Shown here in pieces: positions 7,338-16,880 of a DNA stretch of 26,586 nt; position 1 is the first letter of the stretch; the number at the start of each line of letters is the position of its first letter. Where the stretch lies: assembly GCA_007116205.1 (NCBI GenBank), contig SKIY01000023.1, positions 1 to 26,586 on the forward strand, in the 5' to 3' direction. A program made the translations under genes and the position numbers. The stretch comes from Candidatus Izemoplasma sp. GTDB lineage: Bacteria > Bacillota_I > Bacilli_A > Izemoplasmatales > Izemoplasmataceae. Below the pieces are notes generated by a model. It was not told where the DNA came from, searched no databases, and worked only from the letters and a program-made list of their open reading frames with translations.

Positions 7338-9955
7338 TGTAGTTCTGCCTTAACATACGTAATAACTGCGTCAATTTTAGAAACATCCTTCGCCCCTGCT
7401 TGGGCAAAATCAGCTCTACCACCACCGCCACCACCAGCAATATTCGCTGCTGCGTTGACAAGTTTACCCGCGTGTACATCGGTCGTTGATTTCGCAATAA
7501 ATATCAACTTATCCTCAAAGCGGTTCGCAATAAACACAACCCCTTCTTTAAGATGGTCCATCAATCTATCCGCAAGCGTCTTTACTGTTTTTGGGTCAAC
7601 ATTGTTCGTTTTAATGACAATCGTATTCCCAACCTGTTCATCTAAATATGTTTTCATACCTTCTAATGAAGCTTTCTCTAAGGCCTCTTTATAACGTTTT
7701 TCTAAGTCTTTAACAACACGTTGTAGCGCCTCAAAATAGCGGCGCTTATTAATAACATCTTGATATGACCCTTGAATCGGCTTAGCGTCTGGTAATTTAA
7801 CACTGAGTGTAATATTATTCGCTTGAGCTGTTTCTATAATGGTCTCAATCTTATCCATGAGATGCTGAACATTCTCATCAATACCACGCAAATATTCACC
7901 GATATCAAAAACCCGTTGTTTTGCTAATGCGGTAATGCGGTAAACACCAGACCCTTTTGACTCTACTGATGCAATTGCAAACCGCTCAATCTCTGCAGTA
8001 TTATCAACATGTGTTCCCCCACATAAATCAAGGGTTTCTCCCATATCAACAACACGTACCTCACTATCATATTTTTCACCAAATTCAGCAATCGCACCTT
8101 TAGATTTCGCATGATCTACTGAAGTCGTTTCAACTTCTACTTGATACGCAGCTTGTATTTTTTCATTGACGGCACGTTCAATTTTCAAAATCGTGTTATC
8201 CGCGAGTAGTTCGTAATGATTAAAATCAAAACGTAAATACTCAGGTCCGACTAAACTTCCTTGTTGGCTAACATGCTTCCCTAACTGCTCGCGTAACGTT
8301 TTATAAAGTAAATGCGTTACAGAATGATGTGCCATAGTTTGATGGCGCGCAGTTTCATCCACTTGCATGCGTACCTTATCGCCAACCTTTAGTCCATCTC
8401 CCTCAACAACATGTAAATACTGTTTGTTCGGTAACTTTTCAACATCCAATACTTCATAGGATTGTCCGTCTTTCACAAGTACACCAATATCAGAAACTTG
8501 ACCCCCGCTTTCAGCGTAAAAAGGCGTTTCTTTAACTACAATCCCTTCACGGAACACACGGATAATTTCAGTGTCTGTAACTAAAGTGTCATATCCGACA
8601 AACGTCGACGGTTCCTTAAAGCTTAAGAACGCTTCATTTTGATCTTTCATCGTTCGCATCGTTTTACGGGCGTTGCGTGCGCGATCTTTTTGCGCCTGCA
8701 TTTCATGATTAAATCCTTGACGATCAACACGCACACCGCGTTGCAGCGCAAACTCTTCTGTCAACTCAATCGGAAAACCATACGTATCATAGAGTTTAAA
8801 GGCATCATCCCCAGGAATGATTCTTTGATGCTTTTCAAGCAATGTTTCGAGCATTTTTTCCCCTTGATTTAAGGTTTCTAAAAACTTTAACTCTTCTTTT
8901 TCAATAACTTGTTTCGTAAATGTTTCGGTTCGTCTTAAATTCGGATAGCTCGCTTCCATCATGCTCACAACTGTTTCCACAAGTTCTTTTAAAAACGGAC
9001 GTTCAATCCCCAGTTGTTTTCCGTGTTTAATCGCACGGCGCAGTAAACGTCTTAAAACATACCCGCGTCCATCATTAGAAAGTGTCGCTCCATCTGATAC
9101 CGCAAACGTAACACTGCGAATATGGTCTGCAATAACTTTAAATGACATCTCCCCACCATATGGCTTTTTAGCAATACGGCTAATATGCTTAATGACCGGG
9201 TAAATTAAATCTGTTTCAAAGTTTGTCTCTGCATTTTGTGCAATCGCAGCCATGCGTTCCAGTCCCATCCCCGTATCGATATTCTTTTTAGGTAGTTCTG
9301 GGTAGGCTTCTCTTTCTAAACCAGGTTTTGCGTTAAACTGAGAAAAGACAATATTCCAAACCTCAATAAAACGGTCGTTTTCAATATCATCGCGAATCAA
9401 ACTTAAATCGCCCTCACCAAAAGCCGTTCCACGGTCATAAAATATTTCAGTACACGGACCACAAGGTCCACTTCCAATTTCCCAAAAATTATAATTGCTT
9501 TCAATAATTTTGCTCGGATCAATCCCTGCGTTAATCCATGCTTCTTTGGTTTCAGTATCGGTTGGATACACTGTTATATATAAACGGTCTTTATCCATGC
9601 CGTAATAATCATCACTCGTTAAAAGCTCAAGTGCCCAAGGAATAATCTCCTTACGAAAATAATCTCCAATCGAAAAATTCCCAAGCATTTCAAAAAAGGT
9701 ATGGTGTCTTGCTGTTTTACCAACATTTTCAATATCATTCGTACGAATACATTTTTGTGCATTTACAATGCGGGGATTTTCAGGTATCTTTGATCCATCA
9801 AAATACCCTTTCAAAGGGGCAACCCCGGCGTTAATCCATAACAAAGAAGGGTCGTTGATTGGAATCAAGCTTGCACTTTCTTCAACTTTATGACTGCGTT
9901 CTTCAAAAAAATCTAGCCATATCTTACGTATTTCATGTCCTGTTAATGTTTTCAT
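7334..9955 (-). CDS. alaS: Alanine--tRNA ligase
   Basis: CIRTNDIENVGKTARHHTFFEMLGNFS, IDTGMGLER, editing HHSVTH...CGGTH and C-terminal GGGGGRADFAQAG; preceded by an Ala T-box. Confidence 0.98.
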   Translation of the reverse strand: MKTLTGHEIRKIWLDFFEERSHKVEESASLIPINDPSLLWINAGVAPLKGYFDGSKIPENPRIVNAQKCIRTNDIENVGKTARHHTFFEMLGNFSIGDYFRKEIIPWALELLTSDDYYGMDKDRLYITVYPTDTETKEAWINAGIDPSKIIESNYNFWEIGSGPCGPCTEIFYDRGTAFGEGDLSLIRDDIENDRFIEVWNIVFSQFNAKPGLEREAYPELPKKNIDTGMGLERMAAIAQNAETNFETDLIYPVIKHISRIAKKPYGGEMSFKVIADHIRSVTFAVSDGATLSNDGRGYVLRRLLRRAIKHGKQLGIERPFLKELVETVVSMMEASYPNLRRTETFTKQVIEKEELKFLETLNQGEKMLETLLEKHQRIIPGDDAFKLYDTYGFPIELTEEFALQRGVRVDRQGFNHEMQAQKDRARNARKTMRTMKDQNEAFLSFKEPSTFVGYDTLVTDTEIIRVFREGIVVKETPFYAESGGQVSDIGVLVKDGQSYEVLDVEKLPNKQYLHVVEGDGLKVGDKVRMQVDETARHQTMAHHSVTHLLYKTLREQLGKHVSQQGSLVGPEYLRFDFNHYELLADNTILKIERAVNEKIQAAYQVEVETTSVDHAKSKGAIAEFGEKYDSEVRVVDMGETLDLCGGTHVDNTAEIERFAIASVESKGSGVYRITALAKQRVFDIGEYLRGIDENVQHLMDKIETIIETAQANNITLSVKLPDAKPIQGSYQDVINKRRYFEALQRVVKDLEKRYKEALEKASLEGMKTYLDEQVGNTIVIKTNNVDPKTVKTLADRLMDHLKEGVVFIANRFEDKLIFIAKSTTDVHAGKLVNAAANIAGGGGGGRADFAQAGAKDVSKIDAVITYVKAELQ

Positions 9956-9976
9956 ATACTCTCACTCCAAACTAAA

Positions 9977-10190
9977 AATAAAAACGCCCTTAAAAAATAC
10001 TTAAGGACGAAAAATTTCCGCGGTACCACCTTGCTTCTAGAATCTAGCACTTTAACGTTTTAACGCAACGCAACGAACATTGTTTACAATGTTTCTCCAA
10101 AGTAGCTTCGAATGTATTTGTGATTTGCTTTCACCACCCGCAAACTCTCTAAACACAAAACCACACTCTACTCTTCTTCTTCATCGATCG
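9977..10190 (-). promoter_or_regulatory. T-box riboswitch (Ala, specifier GCU) upstream of alaS
   Basis: T-box AAGGTGGTACCGCGG at 10018-10032. Stem I elements (GAAGAGTAG, AGAGAG, GGTGGTGAAAGC) and GAA-GCT-A specifier at 10104-10106. Terminator CGTCCTTAA...TTAAGGGCG plus U-tract at about 9977-10010. Confidence 0.93.
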
Positions 10191-10195
10191 GTTCT

Positions 10196-10224
10196 ATTAT
10201 ACAAAATAACGACCAACTTTGCAA
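10196..10224 (-). promoter_or_regulatory. Sigma-A promoter for the alaS leader
   Basis: TTGCAA-17 nt-TATAAT immediately upstream of T-box stem I. Confidence 0.75.
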
Positions 10225-10238
10225 TACAATTACCTTAA

Positions 10239-12584
10239 TTACGACTCATCTAAAAAATCATACGGCGTTTTTTTCTCTAAAGGTTCACCAAGCGTATCAA
10301 ACGGTATTTCAGAATCCTCGATTTTATGCTCCACTTCCGCGCCACGCTTTAATGGAAGCGGTTCATCAACACGCTTCATCTTTGGTTTTTTAACTTTTAA
10401 TTTTACATCTAATTGTGTATTACGCGACTCCTCTAATCTTGAAACCGCATAATCAAGCTTATCAATATTTCCTAAAATCACTAACCGTTCTTTCGCACGC
10501 GTAATCGCGGTATAGATCAGTTTTCGTTTAAGCATAATTGAATAACTTGAAAACAACGGTAAGATAACCACCTTATACTCGCTGCCTTGCGCTTTATGAA
10601 TACTCATCGCATACGCGTGGGTGATATTAATTAAATCTTTTGTTTTATAAGAGACACGATTATCTAAAAACTCAACAACAACCTCATCTTCCAAAATATC
10701 AACGATTTTACCTTGATCGCCGTTCATAACCTTATCTTCTATTTGATTGACAAGTTGCAAAACCTTATCCGAAATTCTAAAACTTCGGTCACCATGTTCC
10801 ATCATCGCTTTGGGTTTTTGATTATAGACTGACTGAATAAAGCGATTGGTCTCATGGATCCCAACATCACCTTTATACATCGGAATCAGCACTTGGATAT
10901 CCTCTTGCAGTGTATACCCTTGAGCAATCATATAATCAATAATCTTTTGTAATCTATCTTGAAAATTTCTAGGGTGTTCATCAAAAACAACGCGGTCATC
11001 ATAAACTTTTTTTAAATCGCTTGGTAGCGTTCCATTTCTAATATGTTGGGCTAAGCGAATAATATTTGAGTCTTTACCTTGGCGGTGAATGACATTCAAA
11101 GCCACCACAGGAAGACATTGCGCATCGATAATATCTTTAAATACCTGCCCTGGTCCAACACTAGGAAGTTGGGCGTCATCTCCTACAAAAATAACATTCG
11201 CAAAATCCGGTAAACTTTCAAGTAACTGCGCCGCTAAAAAGACATCAATCATCGATGCTTCATCAATAATGAATAAATTCCCTTCAACTTGATGGTACCG
11301 ATTATACTCAAAAGTTCCATCAAACGCATATCCTAAAAACCGGTGAATCGTCTGTGCATAATACCCCGTTGATTCTTCCATCCGTTTTGCAGCGCGTCCC
11401 GTTGGTGCTACTAAATGTATGAGTGAGGGTTGCGTTTTAATCGGTTTAGCAATGTTGTGATAGCGATAATACACCTCGATAATCCCTTTAATCACCGTCG
11501 TTTTACCAGTTCCTGGTCCCCCAGTAACAATCATCGTTTGGTGAGTTAAAGCCTTTAATATTGCGTCTTTTTGAAAATCCGAGTAATCAATAGCTTCTTC
11601 TTTTTCAATCGCTTCAATTAACTTAAGTGCTTTGTTTTCATCAATGGCATTGGTCGTCTTTGTTAGCACATCTAGTTTATCTGCTATCGTCTGTTCCGCA
11701 CTATCAACGCGCTTTAACGTTAACAACCCATCGACGACTACAAACGTTTTAGCAACAATTAACTTATCTAATGCCTCGCGCAACACATCTGGTTGAACGG
11801 TATTTTCATCACTATCAAGCTTACTAATTGCAGCATTAATAAAGTCTTCTGAATCAATATGTGTATGCCCTTGGCTTAATACAAGATCACTAAAAAGATG
11901 TGTAATCAACGCTTCTAAACGCGATGGATGATCTTCGCTAAACCCTAAACGCTTACCAATAACATCAGCGCGTTCAAATCCAATCCCTTCAATATCTTTA
12001 ATCATTTGATACGGATTACTTTCAATTTTTGTAAGTGTCGCAGATTTATACACATTCATAATCCGCATCGCCATTTTCGAAGAAATACCGTATCCATATA
12101 ATTTAATTAACATTTGTTCAGATGCTCTATGTTCTTTTAAACCTGAGATCAATACTTTCTTCTGCGCATCAGTTAGCTTAGGAACAGTTTCTAGCACATC
12201 GGCATCTTTAATAATTTTTGCAATCGCTTCTTTGCCTAAACAATCGACAATACGATTCGCTGTTTTCTCACCAATCCCAGGAAACAAATCACTAGAAAAA
12301 TATTCTCTCAAGCCTTCAATATTTGTTTCACTAACTCTTTCTATACTCTTCGCACTGAACTGATCCCCATATTTAGGGTGGTGCACAATATCTCCATAAA
12401 AACGATATGAATCCCCTTTTAAAGGTTTTGGGAAATATCCAGTAACCGTCATAACTTCATCTAAATCCTCATCAAAAAGACCACGCTTAATGTTTGCATC
12501 CGTAATCGTTAATTTTACCACTGCATAAGCGTTATCTTCATTATAATATGTTAGATTCCGTATCACACCTTCAATATATCCCAT
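10239..12584 (-). CDS. recD2: ATP-dependent RecD2-like DNA helicase (SF1B)
   Basis: N-terminal OB and HhH region (PGIGEKTA, EGIGFERAD), Walker A TGGPGTGKTT, APTGRAAKRM, IDEASM, GDDAQLPSVGPG and YAMSIHKAQGSE. Confidence 0.95.
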   Translation of the reverse strand: MGYIEGVIRNLTYYNEDNAYAVVKLTITDANIKRGLFDEDLDEVMTVTGYFPKPLKGDSYRFYGDIVHHPKYGDQFSAKSIERVSETNIEGLREYFSSDLFPGIGEKTANRIVDCLGKEAIAKIIKDADVLETVPKLTDAQKKVLISGLKEHRASEQMLIKLYGYGISSKMAMRIMNVYKSATLTKIESNPYQMIKDIEGIGFERADVIGKRLGFSEDHPSRLEALITHLFSDLVLSQGHTHIDSEDFINAAISKLDSDENTVQPDVLREALDKLIVAKTFVVVDGLLTLKRVDSAEQTIADKLDVLTKTTNAIDENKALKLIEAIEKEEAIDYSDFQKDAILKALTHQTMIVTGGPGTGKTTVIKGIIEVYYRYHNIAKPIKTQPSLIHLVAPTGRAAKRMEESTGYYAQTIHRFLGYAFDGTFEYNRYHQVEGNLFIIDEASMIDVFLAAQLLESLPDFANVIFVGDDAQLPSVGPGQVFKDIIDAQCLPVVALNVIHRQGKDSNIIRLAQHIRNGTLPSDLKKVYDDRVVFDEHPRNFQDRLQKIIDYMIAQGYTLQEDIQVLIPMYKGDVGIHETNRFIQSVYNQKPKAMMEHGDRSFRISDKVLQLVNQIEDKVMNGDQGKIVDILEDEVVVEFLDNRVSYKTKDLINITHAYAMSIHKAQGSEYKVVILPLFSSYSIMLKRKLIYTAITRAKERLVILGNIDKLDYAVSRLEESRNTQLDVKLKVKKPKMKRVDEPLPLKRGAEVEHKIEDSEIPFDTLGEPLEKKTPYDFLDES

Positions 12585-12634
12585 TATGTCACCTCTACCA
12601 TATATTATAGCACAAACTATCCGACATTTTATTG

Positions 12635-12661
12635 AAAAAAAGGCTTGAAAACAAGCCTTTA
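12635..12661 (-). terminator. Intrinsic terminator after the 5'-nucleotidase gene
   Basis: AAAGGCTTG-4 nt-CAAGCCTTT with a U-tract on the minus strand. Confidence 0.8.
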
Positions 12662-14374
12662 ATCATGTATTTCATCTTGTGTATCCGATGATTCAGAAAT
12701 ACCATTTGGTAATAACAACGGATTATTCGTATCAAAAGTATCATACACCTCTGCTTGTAAAAGTAGCTCATCAATAATTAAATCCTGCATGTTTTGTGCA
12801 ACCAGCTCAACGGTTGCATTGTCTTCTTGATTGTTTCCCTCACGGAAAAACAAGAAATCTGTCGTAGCCATAAAATACAGTGCATCAGGATCGATTGGTG
12901 TATGCGGTAAACGCGTAATCGTCACATTATGTTCGATAAACGAACCTAACGCTTCCCCACTTACATACGCCGAAACCACTTGGTTATCAAACGGAAAAAT
13001 ATTCAGTAAGGTTGACAAAGATATCGACTCACCTGCACTAATACTGTGGCGCGTTCCGCCCATATTTTGAAAAGCATATTCAGCCCCGGCAACTTCTAAC
13101 ATTAACGACGCCATCCATTGCGCAAGTTCTTCTCTTGTTATCTCTCTTTCCGCGACAAACAACGTTTCAAAAAAATGTGACAAATCCTCTAAAGCATATT
13201 CTAAAAACGTTTCTACATCACTATCAGCGCGGCGTAAGCGGGTATCATCAGACGCCGTTAAATTCCGCATTGAATAATTAGTAATCACACCATCACTAAC
13301 CGTTACTCTAATATGTCCAAGATGTGACCCATAACCGCCAGATTGCATCGATAACATATCGCCATATGTTTCAGTCTCCACGCGGTGACTATGCCCATTA
13401 AACAAGATATCAACACGTGCATCAGCCGTTAAATTCGCAACCCTTCCATTTAAGAAATTTGAACTTCCATGCGCCACAACAACCACCAAATCAACGGCTT
13501 CTTCTTGTCGTAAATATTCCGCATAATCTCCAATAATAGGCACAGGGTCTAAAAATTCATAATCTTCAACCATCAAACGTGAAATCGAGCTCTCTAATCC
13601 ATAACCAATGACACCGATAACACCAATCCGTAAATTTCCTTTGTCAAGTACCGTATAAGGATCAATCCCTTCGGGCATCGAAGTTGTGCCTTTATACACC
13701 ACATTCGCACCTAAAAAAGGATGTTGCGCACGATAAACATCTTCATCCATATCAGTATAATACCGCGTTACCATCTCTAAACCCCAATCAAACTCATGAT
13801 TCCCAATAACCGCCGCATCAAAGCCGACAAGATCCATCAGTTCAACCGTAATTTCACCATAAGAAGCGTTTGAAATAAAGCCCCCTTGCAGCATATCTCC
13901 ACCTGCAAGAATTACCGTAGACTCCGGACGTGCTTCCCGCGCATCATTTAATAAATTACCAATATTAGCCATGCCCATTTGATTGCCATCTTGCAATAAA
14001 GCTCCATGCAAATCATTCAAGTAATAAAAATCGATGATACGACTTCCAGCTTCTAACAAAGTAATCTCAAACTGCGAACGATGACCTTGATAATTAAAGC
14101 GTAGCGAATGCGTTCCTGGTTCGTTCAACTTATCCGCCTCACCAGACTCTAACAACTCAACAGTCATATTTTCTCGTCCACGCGATCCATCACTATAAAA
14201 TACAATAAACTGAATTGATGATAAATCTAAATCATCAATGAAATATTCTACAGAAATCGTCTCCTGATCAACCTGCACGGCGTGAATCGTCAATGCGTCA
14301 TCTTGCGTTTCTGTACATCCAGAGACAATAAATGTTGCTAAAACAATCAGTAAAATAATAATGAATTTTTGCAT
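12659..14374 (-). CDS. 5'-nucleotidase/2',3'-cyclic phosphodiesterase family lipoprotein with a small N-terminal Ig-like domain
   Basis: Signal peptide with lipobox IVSG-C, calcineurin-like motifs NDLHG, GGDMLQG, GNHEFD and GHSH, and a C-terminal 5'-nucleotidase domain (FQNMGGTR, IFPFDN). Start moved to ATG 14374. Confidence 0.85.
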   Translation of the reverse strand: MQKFIIILLIVLATFIVSGCTETQDDALTIHAVQVDQETISVEYFIDDLDLSSIQFIVFYSDGSRGRENMTVELLESGEADKLNEPGTHSLRFNYQGHRSQFEITLLEAGSRIIDFYYLNDLHGALLQDGNQMGMANIGNLLNDAREARPESTVILAGGDMLQGGFISNASYGEITVELMDLVGFDAAVIGNHEFDWGLEMVTRYYTDMDEDVYRAQHPFLGANVVYKGTTSMPEGIDPYTVLDKGNLRIGVIGVIGYGLESSISRLMVEDYEFLDPVPIIGDYAEYLRQEEAVDLVVVVAHGSSNFLNGRVANLTADARVDILFNGHSHRVETETYGDMLSMQSGGYGSHLGHIRVTVSDGVITNYSMRNLTASDDTRLRRADSDVETFLEYALEDLSHFFETLFVAEREITREELAQWMASLMLEVAGAEYAFQNMGGTRHSISAGESISLSTLLNIFPFDNQVVSAYVSGEALGSFIEHNVTITRLPHTPIDPDALYFMATTDFLFFREGNNQEDNATVELVAQNMQDLIIDELLLQAEVYDTFDTNNPLLLPNGISESSDTQDEIHD

Positions 14375-14427
14375 AAAAACCAACCTTTTATATGTTAAGA
14401 CCACACATTCAGTGCGGTCTTAATCGT

Positions 14428-15693
14428 TTATTTTTTTCTCTTCATAACTTTTTCTATATCATCGACTTCTTTAATAATACTTTCACTTAAATTTTCATAA
14501 CCACTTTCAGTCACTAAAATATCATCTTCAATACGAATACCAATACCTTCATCCTTTACATAAAGCCCTGGTTCAATCGTTAAAACCATCCCCGGTTCTA
14601 AAGGAATATTGTAATGTCCAACATCATGAACATCGAGTCCCATAAAGTGTCCGATAGAATGATAATAAAGTTCAGCAATATCTGCATCTTCTTTAATCAA
14701 TCCAATCGCTTTCGTTTTTTCTATAAGCAGCGACTTCGCAAAATCATTTAACGCTTTCCAAGTCAGCCCTGGACGCACTTGTTCAATTGTCGCTTTATTA
14801 ACCTCAAGCACAATATTATATAGCGTTTTTTGACGTTTCGTAAACGTCCCACTCGTCGGATACGTCCGCGAAATATCAGAAGCATAATTTTCATGTAGCG
14901 CTCCTAAATCAAAAAGCATTAAGGCGTCTTTTTTTATCACATCACGATTGGAAACATAATGCAATACTGTCGCGTTGCTCCCACAAGCCGCAATCGTGTC
15001 AAACGCATTGCCCTCGCTTCCAGACAGCGTAATCTCATGGTAAAAATCCGCTTCTAATTGGTACTCATGCGTGCGCTGAGCCATCTTACGCATCACATTA
15101 TTTAACCCTTTTTCAGTATGGGCAATCGCTGCTTTGATTTGCTTAATCTCAGCGTCAGATTTAAACATTCTTAAATATGAAGTGTGTTCATTAATCGCTT
15201 TAATCGATAATTCTTTATAGTTGTCTATAATCGTTTTCGCCTGTGTTAAAGCGATTGGTTGCGACGTTGGATTAACGTGATACAAATCTAAATACAACGT
15301 TTTAGGTGGTGTTCCCATTACGCTTCTCGCATAATTCATCACTTGATTAAAGATACCGTCAAACGCTTTAATATAATGGATATTTTCAATCGCAATTCCA
15401 GACCGTTCAGACGCTTCCGCTTTTTCCATTCGCGCGCCTTCCCACTTAATAATATGATCGGTATTTTCTTCGACAAACAAATATGTCTTATTGTCCTCTT
15501 TGCCTTTTAAAAGCATTAAAATCATATTCGGTTCATTAAGATTCGTAAAATAATAAAAATTGCGTTGTGGGGCATATCGATAAAACTGATCGGTTGTTTT
15601 ATGTGGCATGCTGCCAGCATAAAAAAGTGCCACAGATTCACTTTCCATACGTGCGAATAGTTTACGTCTTGCTTCTTTAACATGTTCTAACAT
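14428..15693 (-). CDS. pepP: Xaa-Pro aminopeptidase (M24B, with AMP_N domain)
   Basis: RNFYYFTNL N-terminal domain; FDLGA...ASDISRTYP, HSIGHFMGLDVHD, TIEPGLY and GIRIEDD metal ligands. Confidence 0.9.
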   Translation of the reverse strand: MLEHVKEARRKLFARMESESVALFYAGSMPHKTTDQFYRYAPQRNFYYFTNLNEPNMILMLLKGKEDNKTYLFVEENTDHIIKWEGARMEKAEASERSGIAIENIHYIKAFDGIFNQVMNYARSVMGTPPKTLYLDLYHVNPTSQPIALTQAKTIIDNYKELSIKAINEHTSYLRMFKSDAEIKQIKAAIAHTEKGLNNVMRKMAQRTHEYQLEADFYHEITLSGSEGNAFDTIAACGSNATVLHYVSNRDVIKKDALMLFDLGALHENYASDISRTYPTSGTFTKRQKTLYNIVLEVNKATIEQVRPGLTWKALNDFAKSLLIEKTKAIGLIKEDADIAELYYHSIGHFMGLDVHDVGHYNIPLEPGMVLTIEPGLYVKDEGIGIRIEDDILVTESGYENLSESIIKEVDDIEKVMKRKK

Positions 15694-15759
15694 ATAATCA
15701 CCTCAAAAAGTATTATATCATGTTAACGAAAACTTAGAAACTATGATAAATAACTTTAT

Positions 15760-15790
15760 AAAAAATGCCAACAAATGTTGGCATTTTTTT
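15760..15790. terminator. Intrinsic terminator after gap (symmetrical A/T tracts)
   Basis: AAAAATGCCAAC-AAAT-GTTGGCATTTTT. Confidence 0.85.
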
Positions 15791-15804
15791 TACTGATATT
15801 TTAA

Positions 15805-16812
15805 TTATCTAAGTGCTAATACTTTAATGGTACGAACCATTTGAGCTACATAACTCATTTCGTTATCATACCACATCAGTACTTTAACAAGTTGCTTACC
15901 ATCAACATTTAACACAGAAGTCATTTGAGCATCAAATAGCGTTCCGTATTCCATACCAATCGTATCACTTGAAACAATCGGATCTTCAGTGTACCCAATC
16001 GTTTCACTTGCAGCGTTCTTAATTGCTTGATTAATGGTTTCTTTATCGACTTCTTTATCCAGTTCCGCCACAAAATCAACTGCAGACCCAGTAATCGTCG
16101 GAACGCGTAAAGCAAATCCATCAAGTTTCCCATTTAAATGCGGCAGTACCAATCCAACTGCTGCTGCGGCTCCTGTTGTTGTTGGTACAATGTTCGCTGC
16201 TGCTGCGCGACCACGACGTGCATGAATGTCTTTAGCATGTGGACCATCAAGTGTATTTTGATCATTCGTGTACGCATGAACGGTTGTCATGAATCCACGT
16301 TTAACACCAAAGTTATCATCAAGTACTTTGACGATTGGTGCAAGACAGTTCGTTGTACATGATGCCCCACTAACAACCGTTTCACTACCATCTAAAATGT
16401 CATGGTTAACATTGTAAACAACCGTCTTTAAGTCGCCTTTAGCCGGTGCACTAATCATAACTTTTTTAGCCCCTGCTTTAATATGTTTTTCCGCTTTGTC
16501 TTTCGTCGTAAAGAACCCTGTACATTCTAAAACAACTTCAACACCTAGTTCTTTCCATGGTAAATTTTCTGGATCGCGCTCTGCATAAATTTTGATTTCT
16601 TTACCATCTACAATAATATTATTGTCTTTAAACGAAATCGCATCTGATTTGTAACGCCCTTGCGCTGTATCGTATTTTAGCAAGTAAGCCAAACTTTCTG
16701 CATCTGTTAAATCATTAATCGCGACAATATCAAACTCAGGGTTGTCGTTCATCAAACGAAAAGCCAAACGACCAATTCTTCCAAAACCATTAATTGCTAC
16801 TTTTACTCCCAT
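15805..16812 (-). CDS. gap: Type I glyceraldehyde-3-phosphate dehydrogenase (probably NAD-dependent)
   Basis: [13 protein letters not shown] (acidic residue typical of NAD-specific enzymes), catalytic [10 protein letters not shown] and WYDNE. Confidence 0.98.
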   Translation of the reverse strand: MGVKVAINGFGRIGRLAFRLMNDNPEFDIVAINDLTDAESLAYLLKYDTAQGRYKSDAISFKDNNIIVDGKEIKIYAERDPENLPWKELGVEVVLECTGFFTTKDKAEKHIKAGAKKVMISAPAKGDLKTVVYNVNHDILDGSETVVSGASCTTNCLAPIVKVLDDNFGVKRGFMTTVHAYTNDQNTLDGPHAKDIHARRGRAAAANIVPTTTGAAAAVGLVLPHLNGKLDGFALRVPTITGSAVDFVAELDKEVDKETINQAIKNAASETIGYTEDPIVSSDTIGMEYGTLFDAQMTSVLNVDGKQLVKVLMWYDNEMSYVAQMVRTIKVLALR

Positions 16813-16851
16813 TAATAAATCCTCCTATTTATATCATTTTCATACATTCTC

Positions 16852-16880
16852 ATTATAGCGCTTTAATCACTAAAACTCAA
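16852..16880 (-). promoter_or_regulatory. Sigma-A promoter for gap
   Basis: TTGAGT-17 nt-TATAAT upstream of an AGGAGG RBS. Confidence 0.75.

Noticed and set aside
10062-10095. Palindrome AACATTGTTTACAATGTT in the alaS leader as a possible operator or sRNA
   Set aside because: It falls between stem I and the antiterminator, where T-box stem II/IIA-B elements sit, so the riboswitch explains it.
6921-12584. RecD2 helicase plus RuvX nuclease as a possible anti-phage helicase-nuclease system
   Set aside because: Both are conserved housekeeping genes in their standard Bacillota neighbourhood.
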